Positions 41,327 through 52,169 of a stretch of DNA of 64,000 nt are shown here, one piece after another (positions within the stretch are counted from its first letter, which is position 1; each line of letters opens with the position of its first letter). A program made the translations under genes and the position numbers. The DNA is from Bugula neritina. Lineage: Eukaryota > Animalia > Bryozoa. The notes beneath the pieces were generated by a model. It was not told the DNA's origin. It ran no database searches and was given only the letters and a program-made list of their open reading frames with translations. The stretch lies in assembly GCA_964035545.1 (NCBI GenBank), contig OZ037768.1, positions 14,083,675-14,147,674 of the forward strand. The letters are read 5' to 3'.

Positions 41327-44300
41327 CTAGACCCAGTCTCCCACTTGGTACAACGGGGGCTCCTCCGAGTCCTCTGTGCGGGTCTGCCACTGCTGGGTAC
41401 GCAGCGCATCATGAGCTTTGCCCATGATGTCCATCAGACCCTCCACATACTCGTGTACCGGTGACTCGGGGGCAGGAACATGGTACGCCAGGTGTTCCGC
41501 GACCCGCGTCTCTCGGCCTAGCATCAGGAAGTTTGGGGGCTCCTGCGTGGCGGAGTGTGGTGTGCTGCGGTAAGCCCGCATGATCTGCGGCAGCACCACG
41601 TCCCATTCTTCCTGACCTCGACCAAGTAGCAGGCTCCGGAGCGCGTCACCCAACATCCTGTTGTTCCGCTTGACGACTCCGTTCCCTTGCGGGTGATATG
41701 GGGTGGTCCGACTCTGGTTCACCCCCCATATCCGGCAGAGGTCTCCCATGAGCTGGGACTGGAACTGGGCACCCTGGTCCGTATGTATCTGCTCGGGCAA
41801 ACCGAGGTAACAGAACACATGTTGGTCCAGGGTCCGGGCCACCGTGGGGGCGGTTGCGTCTGGAATAGCCAGAGCATCCGCCCACCGGGTAAAGTGGTCC
41901 GTGAGCACCAGTATCCAGGTGTTCTCTCTGGCGGATAACGGCATAGGCCCGACGAGGTCTACCGCCACTACTTGCCACGGTCGACCAGCGTACAGCCGGC
42001 TTCGACCAGTGGTTTCCGTGGGGCGGCCATGCTTGCTAGCTTGGCAGACCTCGCATTGCCGTACCCGCAGTCGTACGTCCCGAGTCATTCCGGGCCAATA
42101 CCAACGCAGCCGCAGACACCTGATGACCCGACTGACTCCAGCATGAGCCTGCTTATGGGTGTCCCAGATCAGTTCCCGCCGGAAGGCGCGTGGACAGACG
42201 ACGCGGTCCCTCTTCTGCTGGCGGTTGTCTGCTGCTAACGTTATCATCAGGAGGCCATCAGGACTGACCTTGAGGGCATCCCAGCGACGACAGAGGAGTT
42301 GGAACTCAACGTCTCCCTGCCGCTGCTGTTCCTCGCTAGGCCGTCGGCCCTCCTTCTTGGCCCGGAAGATGTCCGCTACCGCGCCGGGTAGCGTCTCCTG
42401 GAGTCGGCACAGCTCCTTGACGTTCTGGTGCAGAGTAGGGTTGGCGTGGAGCGCCTGGACACCGTCCTGGTGGGTTTCGGTCCGAAGATGGCCGTGCTCC
42501 CACTGGTAGGCAGTGCCCTCCACTAGTTCTGCTTCCACGTCAAGGCGAGCGGGTCCCCCGTCCCGCTGTTCAATGTGCAGGCATTGCTTACAGTCCTCTA
42601 CCGGCCGGCGGCTTATGCCGTCGGCGTTCCCATGCTTCTGGCCTGCACGGTGCTCTATCCAGTAAGAGAACTCGGCAAGAATCTCTAGCCAACGAGCCAC
42701 CTGGCTCGAGGGCTCTGCACGTTTACACAGCCATATCAGTGATGCATGGTCTGTTCGCAGACGGAACGATTTCCCATACAGATATGGCCGAAAGTGCTTG
42801 ACCGCCTTGACTACTGCTAGAAGTTCCTTCCTAGTGGTGCAGTAGTTCTTCTCGGCGGCCGCGAGAGTCTTGCTGTAGTAAGCCACGACCACCTCACTTC
42901 CACCCTGGACTTGAGACAAGACGGCTCCCACGCTGTGGTCGCTGGCGTCGGTGTCCAGGATGTACTCCTTGGCTGGATCAGGATACGCCAGGATTGGCGC
43001 TTCCATTAGCCGTTGCTTGAGGTGGTCGAATGCCTGCTGCTCCTCCTGTGTCCACTGCCACCGGACTCCCTTTGCGGTCAGCCGATTTAATGGCTGAGCC
43101 ACTCCTGCGAACCCAGGTATGTACTGCTGGTAGTGCCCTACTAGGCCCAGGAAAGCACGCAACTCAGGGAGGTCACGGGGGACAGTCCACTCCTTCACAG
43201 CTTGTACCTTCTCTGGATCAGTAGCGACTCCATCACGGCCAACCACATGGCCCAGGTACGTGACTTCTGGCTGCAGGAGTGCACACTTGGAGGGCTTCAG
43301 CTTCAGTCCAGCAGCCCGGAGGCGGTCAAAGACCTCCCGTAGACGACTGACATGAGTCGAGAAGTCCGGGGAGATGACAATGACATCGTCCAGATAGATG
43401 AGGAGAGTCTTACAGTGTAGCCCACTGAGGACTTGCTCCATGAGTCGTTGGAATGTTGCCGGAGCGGACGTTAGTCCGAATGGCAGTACTTTCCATTTCC
43501 AGAGCCCGTCGCGAGTAGTGAATGCTGCTTTGTCCTGGGCATCAGGACTGAGGGGCACTTGCCAGTACCCGCTAAGCAGATCCAAAGTACTGAAGTACTT
43601 GCTACCCGCGAGGGCATCTAGAGACTTATCTATCCGTGGGAGAGGGTAGGCGTCCTGGATGGTAACGCTGTTGAGTCTGCGGTAGTCCACACAGAATCTC
43701 CAGCTACCATCCTTCTTCTTGACCAGGACCACTGGGGAGCTCCACGCACCGTGGGCAGGCTCAATCAGATCCCGGTCCAGAAGATCCTGTACCTGTCGGC
43801 TCACCTCCTTCTCCTTCTCCGGGCCTAGACGTCGGGTAGGCTGCCTGATGGGAGTGGTGCCGGCTGCCAAGGGTATCTCGTGGGAGATGACCTTTGTCAG
43901 CCCCATGTCTCCATCGCCACGACTGAAGACATCACTGTACTCCGCGAGTAGTTGAGCCAGTACTTGGCGTTCAGTACTACTCGTACAGTTTCCGCATGCT
44001 CCGCCATACAGGTCAGCCAAGTGCTCCGGGACTGCTCCTCGTCTGGTGTGAGGGGGGTTCCCCTGGGTGTCGGTCACTGTCTCCAGTGCCGGACCCACAT
44101 CCGCTTCCTGGATGGAGTGGTACTTCCCCACCAGCGCTCCGGCCGATAATCGGACAGGTTCCGTGAAGGGGTTGATGCACTGCACGAGGAGCTCTTGCCG
44201 ACAATCTAGCCGATTCAGGCTGTTTGCTAGTCGGATGGCTCTGTGCGTTCCTTCAACCATCCCCAGGCCGGCGATCCCCTTGCAGTTGACTCTGCATCGG

Positions 44301-45183
44301 AGAGTCGCCTGGGACCTCCCCGGAACTGTGCAGTCCCGCACTACCTGGACTCCGCCTACCAAGGGTCTGCCAAACTTGTCAACACAGACAAGTTCCTTCC
44401 CAGCCATCACCACCACTGACTTCTGGAAATCCATGTGACACTGGTGTTTCTCCAGGAAGGGCATTCCCAAGATGGCGTCCTCCTTCAGCTGGCTGACTAT
44501 GAACGTCTCGTGAATTGCTTGATCACGGACGCGTTCAGGCAGTGAGATGACGCCGTAGAAAGGAATGCATGATGCGTCCGCCAACGTACCATGCGCACCT
44601 TCATACGGCTCGAGGCTCGCCTGTCTCGAGCCCCAAGAGTGTCAAAGAGACGCCGACTCAGCAGGTTGGTAGTGCACCCAGTATCCAGTAGGAATGTGGC
44701 AGCTTTACCCGAAATCTTCCCGGGCAGGAAGTAGCTGCTTCCGTACGGCTGGGTGCTCCTGGAGCGGTCAGTCTCTGGGGGAGACACAACTTGGGTCCGC
44801 ACAGCGGGCCTCCTCTTCGTCTTAGAGACAACGGGGGTTTTCTGAGGTCGGGAGGGTAGCTTGGGGTACTCTTGCGAGTAAGCTGAATCTTCCTCCACAA
44901 CCTCCTCGGGCAACCCCGCGAACCGGTTACGGAGTGGCCAGGCTGGAGGATCGGGTAGACCTTGCGGTCTCCGAGATCTCCGCGGTGCCTGCCATCCGGT
45001 TTCTTCTAGCTGCATCCGGGTATCGAGTGGCAGGGCAGGAGGATCGGGTAGGCCTTTCGGTCTCCGAGATCTCCGGTTTGCGTGCCACTCGATGTAGGTC
45101 GACTCTGGAGAGGTCTCTTCTGTTGTCTTCCGAGTCCTATCCCAGACCAGATTGGCGTGGGGCCCACGGGTGGCGGAATTCAC
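41327..45183 (-). CDS. pol: E3 pol (PR LLDTGC, RT YLDD, RNase H, integrase); one frameshift near 44600 and a TGG>TAG stop at 41327
   Basis: ORFs 44497-45183 and 41327-44584, closely similar to E1 pol. Confidence 0.93.
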
Positions 45184-45204
45184 CGTGAGCCTCGGGTGTT
45201 TAAA
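45161..45204 (-). promoter_or_regulatory. -1 programmed ribosomal frameshift signal (T TTA AAC plus stem-loop)
   Basis: The heptamer is in gag phase, followed by a 6-nt spacer and the 9-bp stem GGCTCACGG/CCGTGGGCC. The -1 frame continues into pol (HPRLTVNSATRG). Confidence 0.85.
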
Positions 45205-46079
45205 GGCTTCTGTCCCTTAGGGCAGTGCCTTCTCACATGTCCTGGCATCCCGCACTCCCAACAAGTGGGCGGAGGGGGGCGGACAGGGTCGTCCCGCGAG
45301 CGGGGAGCCCGCCTGTCTGTCTGGTTGCGCTGCAACTCCGCCACCGTAGCCTGCAGGCCTTTCATCATGCTCATCAGCATGTTGAGCTGCGTCTGCTCGG
45401 GCGACGGAGTAGCTGCTGCTGCCACTTGTGGGGTTGGGGGTACCTCTTCTGTATCTCCGGCCACCTGGCGAGCTGCGTAGTTCGCCCTCCGTGGTTCTTC
45501 TACTTGGAAGTAGGCCTTCCCCATCTCTAGTGCCTCGTCCAGGCTCTTGACCTTCGCGGCCAGCCAGTACCGCTGGAGGTCCGGGTGGTTCACGCTCCGG
45601 AAGAATGCGTTAAAAACGAGGCGCTTCCGATCTTCGCCAGTGGCGTGACCGAAAGCAGCCTGAGCCAGGCGCTCTACCTCGTTAGCGTGATCTTCCAGAG
45701 GTGTCCTTCGGTCTCTCCTCATCACTTGTAGCTGGTCTGACGCCTCTTCCGTGGTTAGGCCGAACCGGGCCCTGAGAGCCCGCAGGATGTGGGCTTCGTC
45801 GGGTCCCAGTGCGAAGTTCCTGGCCCGGCCTGTTAGACAGGCCCGGAGTTGGAGGACGCGCACCCGTACTGGCCATTCAGCGGTGGTGGCCACGTCCTCG
45901 AACTCCTTGATGAACTGTTCCACGTCTCCATCTCCTCCGAAAGTCGGGGGCTGGAGGCGATACCTGTCACCAGGTGATGCCTGTCCTTGCCCCCGCAATC
46001 CTTGGAGGGCTGTTACCAGCGCCTCGACAGTGAGGGCTGGTGTTGCTGCTGCCTCAGGGGCTGACTCCCCTGGGGCCAT
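45180..46079 (-). CDS. gag: E3 Gag with CCHC zinc knuckle
   Basis: LQPPTFGGDGDVEQFIKEF...ALRARFG...CWECGMPGHVRRHC. Confidence 0.92.
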   Translation of the reverse strand: MAPGESAPEAAATPALTVEALVTALQGLRGQGQASPGDRYRLQPPTFGGDGDVEQFIKEFEDVATTAEWPVRVRVLQLRACLTGRARNFALGPDEAHILRALRARFGLTTEEASDQLQVMRRDRRTPLEDHANEVERLAQAAFGHATGEDRKRLVFNAFFRSVNHPDLQRYWLAAKVKSLDEALEMGKAYFQVEEPRRANYAARQVAGDTEEVPPTPQVAAAATPSPEQTQLNMLMSMMKGLQATVAELQRNQTDRRAPRSRDDPVRPPPPTCWECGMPGHVRRHCPKGQKPLNTRGSR

Positions 46080-46784
46080 CCTATTCCTCTCAGCAACTAG
46101 CTATTCGTAGAATCCCACTGCTGCCACCAATGTGATAGTTTTGTGGGTTGTGAATGAAACTAGTGCTTTACATGCTTGTTATGAGAAACAAGGCGAGAAA
46201 TAAGGTAGAAGGTAGATAGCTTTATTGTAGTATAGTCCGAGTGAATCAATGGTCTTTGTCCAGCGAGCTCCAGTAGTAGACTGAACTATACTGGAACTCG
46301 CTGGCTTTTATATACATGCAGGACAAAGATATTCCTTTGTTTGCCGAGATCGGAGGCCCGAAATACCGAATATCGGCACTTCGGGAATCCGAAATGCCGA
46401 ATCCGGCATTTCGGTACTTCGGTATTCCGATATGCCGAGAATCGGCATATCGGTGTTTCGGAGGACCGAAGTACCGATCTCGGCAACAAAGGACACACAC
46501 ACACAACATAAATTTACCACAAGTGGACACCTTTGCTACTTGTGATTTCAATTTTCGCATGCGAAAATACGCACAGTGTGGCCCTAGGCTAATTGGCGGG
46601 TAGCTTCTAGTATTATGCATCCACGCACGTTGTCCGTCCCATATGAAGTGGGAAGACTAGGGTTGAAACGCTAGGGCTAACTAGTCTACAACTATAAACT
46701 ATATAATACATGTCAAGTAGAGAGGGCAGAAGAGTTCCCCCTTTCATGAGCCATTACAATACTTCCCCTAACAATTACACCATA

Positions 46785-47190
46785 CATGCTAATTATTTAC
46801 CAAAAATTTTAAAAATAGCATAAATTAAGTAGTATTACTATGCTTATTTGCATCCAATTTACTAGTCTTACATTTATGGCAATTGTAATGTATTTTGTGT
46901 AAAATGGTTAATTCAAGCATTTTCTATTCATATCCACATTGTAATCAAAGCGAAACTTAAACTTTATCGCTTTGTATTTACGTGCATGAATGAGTTTTAA
47001 AATTGTTTTTAATTTTATATGCATAAAAATGTGTTTAAAAACTTTAGCAATAAAAAAAAATGTACACATAAAATAAAAAATAAATAAAATAAGTGGCAAA
47101 ACTTTCCCTTTATAACTTTTATAAACTCGCGGCACAGACGTGGCATAATGATATTCCAAATTTTTTAAAGCCGCCACTCTAGATATCTAT
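46785..47190. repeat. Orphan arm of the foldback-element family
   Basis: Diverged copy of 48339-48776, inverted relative to 47206-47642. Confidence 0.75.
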
Positions 47191-47205
47191 TATCTCTGGG
47201 TCACG

Positions 47206-47639
47206 CAGAGTGGTATATATTAGGAGTGTTGACATTAGATAATCTTATGAAATCATATGGGCGCCATTATGCCGAGATTGGTACCGCGAGTTTACATAAG
47301 TTATAAAGGAAAAATTTTGTCACTTTTGTTATTTTTTTTCTATTTTATGTGTACATTTCTTTTAGTTTTGTTTATTGGCAAAGTTTTTAAACACATTTTT
47401 TATGCACATCAAATTTTTAAAAAAATTAAAACTCAATCATGCACGTAAATACAAAGCTATAAAGTTGAAGCTTCGCTGTGATTACAATGTGAATATGAAT
47501 TGAATAATGCTTGCAATAACCATTCTACACAAAATTCGTTACAGTTGCCATAAATGTGAGACTAGTAAATTGGATACAAATAGGCACGGTAATACTACTT
47601 AAGTTATGCTATTTTTGAAATTTGTAGTAAATATTTGGC

Positions 47640-47721
<82 letters not shown>

Positions 47722-47738
47722 TATATTATATATATATA

Positions 47739-47792
<54 letters not shown>

Positions 47793-48230
47793 TATATTAT
47801 ATATAATATTATTATATATATAATGTATATAATTTAATATATAATATAATAATATACTATATATGATATTATTATTATATATATAGTATATATATATATA
47901 TTATATAATATATTATATAATAACATATTATATATGATATTATTATATATATATAATATAATATATAATATAATATTATAATATATATATATTATATATG
48001 ATATTATTATTATATATATAATATAGTAATGTATAATATATTATTATAATATATATATATATATTATATATAATATAATATATAATATAATAATATATTA
48101 TGTATGATATTATTATATATGTATATAATATATATATATATATATAATATAATATAATATATAGTATAATAATATATAATATATTATTATAATATATATA
48201 TATATATATATTATATAATATTATTATACT

Positions 48231-48278
<48 letters not shown>

Positions 48279-48776
48279 ACAATATATAATATATAATAAT
48301 ATATAATATATTATTATAATATATATATATATATAATACATGTCAAATATTTACTACAAATTTCAAAAATAGCATAAATTAAGTAGTATTAGTCACTAGT
48401 ATTACCGTGCCTATTTGCATCCAATTTACTAGTCTTACATTTATAGCAACTGTAACGTATTTTATGTAAAATGGTTATTGCAAGTATTATTCAATTCATA
48501 TTCACGTTGTAATCACAGCGAAGCTTAAACTTTATAGCTTTGTATTTAGGTGCATGATTGAGTTTTAATTTTTTTTTAAATTTTATATGCATTGAAAATA
48601 TGTTTAAAAACTTTACCAATAAACAAAATTAAAAGAAATGGACACATAAAATAAAAAAAATAGAATCACAAAAGTGGCAAAGTTTTTCCTTTATAACTTA
48701 TATAAACTCGCGGTACCAATAGCGGCATTATGATTTTTCATGGTTCAAAGTCAACACTCCTAAATATACCACACTG
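47206..48776. mobile_element. Foldback-type DNA element: ~440-bp inverted arms around a TA-rich core, 8-bp TSD (hAT-like)
   Basis: Termini CAGAGTGGTATA / TATACCACACTG. Flanks GGGTCACG / GGGTCAAG. Arms 47206-47642 and 48339-48776. Confidence 0.82.
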
Positions 48777-50721
48777 GGGTCAAGGTGGTATGGTAGTCCA
48801 ATAAATTGTGTAGCTTGGTTCTATTTGTTGGTGACAAACTCACATGGCCAAAACGTTTTTATCAACATAACCATTTGAAACCATGTGAATGGAAACCAAT
48901 GACATGAGTTGCATGCGTGTGCGATCGAAACAATCCCAATGTGAATATAATATATTTGTGATATCAGATTTTCATTTTATTAAGTGACTTACGACTATCA
49001 GTATCAGTCCATCACATGTGAGTGTCAGCGTCATCATTATTATTATAAAATAATTATTTATTTTCATTTGGTGTATCAGTATGACTGTAATAATTAATAT
49101 TATGATATTAATGCAACACTTACTCTTACTCTTAGTCTTAGTCTTACAGTTACACTTACTCATACAGTGATGCTGTGAGTTACTGTTGCTGTTTTAGCTT
49201 TACCCTTTGAGTTTCAGTGTAGCATTAAAACTAAATCTAACAGATTGAGATAGAATCAATACTAAAAATAAAATTAAAACTAAAATTTCATCCAAATGAG
49301 TCATTGAATGAATATAATACTAATACTAATAGTAATACTAATAGTAATACTAATAGTAATATTTATTATTTATATTTATTAGTTATTACTAATAGTAATA
49401 GTAATTGTAATAGTATTACTTTTAGTATTACTATTAAGTTTTAATACTAATGCCATGGTAATACTAATACTAATATAGTTGATGTTATACTTATAATTAT
49501 TGTTATGTTTTAATTATAAGCATATACTTATACTTATAGCTATAGGTTATAGTTATACTTATGGTAATACTAACTATAACTATTACATTTACTATTATTA
49601 TTACTATAACTATGAGTATGTCTATTAGTATTATGATATAATGTGTATTAATGCTAGCTCATAAATTTAAAGCTCATAAACAATACATGCATTGCATAAG
49701 AAGTAAAGAACAAAAGTGCTATTGAATACACGAAACATATCAGCTTTTCTCACAAGCACGTTAGTGGCTAATTAGCCTAATATGGGAGAAGCAAATTTGT
49801 ACCAATTTGATACAGTGATGTGATGAGTCTGAGTTAGTCAACTCTAAATCCTTTCTCTTTGAACGTTTTTTAATGGCAATACTACTACGTTTTGCTTCAA
49901 ATGCGGACATAGCACGGAGAAAGCTGTCCGACAAGCAACATAGTCAGAAGCAAGCTGCACACCCAGGTGTTTAGAGACAGTCTGGGTTGGTCTTTGCATC
50001 TCCTCTTAAGCAAACCTAAGTTTCGCTTACCGTCACACAGTTTACCAAACAAAACTGTTCTAGGCAAACGCTTACTTTCGATCTCATATACGTGACCAAC
50101 TCAACCATGTTGATACTTTAGCAACAGCTGTTCAATGCTACAAATATACAATCTTATGTGGGAGCTGAAAAATGATACGGCAAATATCATAATGTTGCAT
50201 CTGTTGATTTACGATGAATGAAAAATATTAAATATACTGTAATACAATGAAAACATCATTCAGTTGCTGTTGAATCTTCCAACAAATTTTATTTTAGAGT
50301 TTTTCCTAATTCATTTTGAATAATTTCATCCAAATATTTTCAAGTCACTAAAAACCCGATTATCTTTAGAATTGTTTGTGGCAGAGTCACTCAAATTTGT
50401 CACCTGAATCAAGTTGTTAAAAACCACTTCAAGATCAACTAACCAGAGGTATTGCTTGTACTGCAATTATACAGTTAAAAATACTTATGCACATTGTGTG
50501 CCTAAATTGCTCTGTCGGATTGCAAAAATACTTGTTTAGTTCTCTAGTTGATGGTATCCAGTTTACTACACAGCTCTGAATGCCAGCAATATTTATTGGG
50601 AATTCTATCTTTTTCATTTTTGTAGAACATAATTAGAATAGATAATTGAGTAATATTGTTAGGTTACATTATAACTCCTTGGAATATTCAATGTCTGCCA
50701 CTGCTTGTCCAACCATGCTAT

Positions 50722-51301
50722 TGTTATGATTTTGCGGGTTTAATGAAATAGACAAGTAGTCTGCATGCCAATACTTGTAATTGTTGAATAAAAGTCTTTG
50801 TAAAATGTTGATTCTAATAGTCTTTATTGATGTATATAGTAGTTTCCTCTGCGAGCTCCAGTGTTAGACTGATTTGATACAAAAAATGCTCGCCCTTATA
50901 TACTGCCAGAAAAGTGCCTGCCACGTGGAGGTCCGAAATCGGAAGGGTTCCGTCCGAAAATCGGACAGACCCCATCCGAAATCGTACCTTGGTTCCGAAT
51001 TCGGCCGAATTCGGTTCACATACTTATTTATTTAACATACAAAGAAAAAGTGGCGGGGAAACATAACTCCAAAAACTATTACAGTAACTTAAAAACAAAC
51101 AATAAAAATAGGAAGGCAATTCACAATTATTACGCTACTCACTACGCTAAGAGCTTAGCTGTCATTACAATATTTGAGGCATTAGAAAGCTACGCAAGGA
51201 GCTTAGCTATAATTACAACATTTAACAGTATTTACAAAGTTACGCCAAGTCCATTATAATAGTGACGCGACATAATTACTAGAACGTTAAAATCCATTAC
51301 A
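50722..51301 (-). mobile_element. Solo LTR distantly related to the E3 LTR family
   Basis: TGTTATGATTTTGCGGG...CCATTACA termini, perfect TSD CTAT. Same order of poly(A) signal, AGACTGA, TATA and CCGA/TCGG array. Confidence 0.85.
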
Positions 51302-52169
51302 CTATTTACTAGTACTAATGGTTTTACATAGCTAATGGAAATAGTCGGCTCATACTGTTGGTTGGTCAATTGTGTCAAACGAAGCAGCAATTTTATTAGG
51401 TATCACAATATAATTACAACAGACAAGTTTTGCAAACAACTGAGTGTATGTTATATTACTAGGTGTAGACATGATATTAGACCTAGCAGTTTATTAATTT
51501 GAGTTTTGTTTCCTCATAATAGTAGGCTAAAGACTAAAAACCAACTATGGCAATGTAATTTGGATTGATACTTCAATTTTATTTTATCCGGCATAGTATT
51601 AGTTGATTATTTATTTGTTATTTTGATACATCAATACCCTAGTAATCTACTTTAGAGTTCAGATCGCTTTCTTGTCAGAATTAAACTAGTAAAATGTGAA
51701 AAATTTCCCTGGTTAGCTGCATGATTAGTGTCGCTAGTATAGTAAAACTGATTGTACCTATTGAGCGACAACTTTATAAAATGTGGAAAATTGTATACAT
51801 GGTGTGAATGGTTTATTTTTTACCATCCAGAGCTTGGTAATATTTTTTCAAGGGTTTAAAGTAAATTATTGAAATAAAATTTTACTATGAAATAAGAAAT
51901 TATTGTAAACTTTGGTGCACAATGTATTAAATATTATCTTTTAAATTAGTTGCAACTGCAAAGAAATTGTAACTACTTTCATGACATGTAGCATCAATAT
52001 CTGCTTGTATTTAACTTAATAACATGGCAACAAAACTGGATAATTCAATCTTATGATGATATACAAAACATATTTGCATGCTAACTTGTTTTATTGACTT
52101 TAAGGAAAGAATTTTCAACTAAAGACATGAGCAGTAGCTGCTGATAAGTGCCAATAATCTGAATAACTC

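Larger units (their letters stand above)
38546..46521 (-). mobile_element. Ty3/Gypsy LTR retrotransposon E3, recent insertion
   Basis: 391-bp LTRs 38546-38936 and 46131-46521 differ at one base by eye. Perfect TSD AGTG. tRNA-Leu PBS 46110-46129. PPT GGGGGGTGTG. Confidence 0.98.
38266..46589. mobile_element. PIF/Harbinger-type MITE (~344 bp without the E3 insertion)
   Basis: ~65-bp TIR GCCTAGGGCCACAC.GTGCGTATTTTCGCATGCGAAAATTG...; 3-bp TSD TAA (38263-38265, 46590-46592). Confidence 0.85.
37986..46758 (-). mobile_element. Solo LTR (~446 bp: 37986-38265 plus 46593-46758) inserted in the E2 5' LTR
   Basis: TGTTGTAGTTTT...CCATTACA termini like the E2 LTR. Perfect TSD ATAC (37982-37985, 46759-46762). 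Confidence 0.85.
34016..46779 (-). mobile_element. Internally deleted Ty3/Gypsy element E2 (own sequence 34016-37985 plus 46763-46779; its 5' LTR is split by nested insertions)
   Basis: 3' LTR 34016-34470. 5' LTR 37554-37985 resumes at 46763-46779 (TTCCCCTAACAATTACA). tRNA-Leu PBS and PPT AGAGGGGTGG present. The gag remnant (37487-~36890) joins directly to the integrase tail; no PR, RT or RH. Confidence 0.9.

Noticed and set aside
41327-44600. Near-identical LTRs but several pol lesions in E3, read as hypermutation or trans-mobilisation
   Set aside because: One difference in 391 bp is compatible with roughly ten or more changes over 7 kb; it cannot be distinguished from ordinary decay without more copies.
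46110-46129. tRNA-like sequence
   Set aside because: Only the 18-20-nt primer-binding complement; no cloverleaf or A/B boxes.
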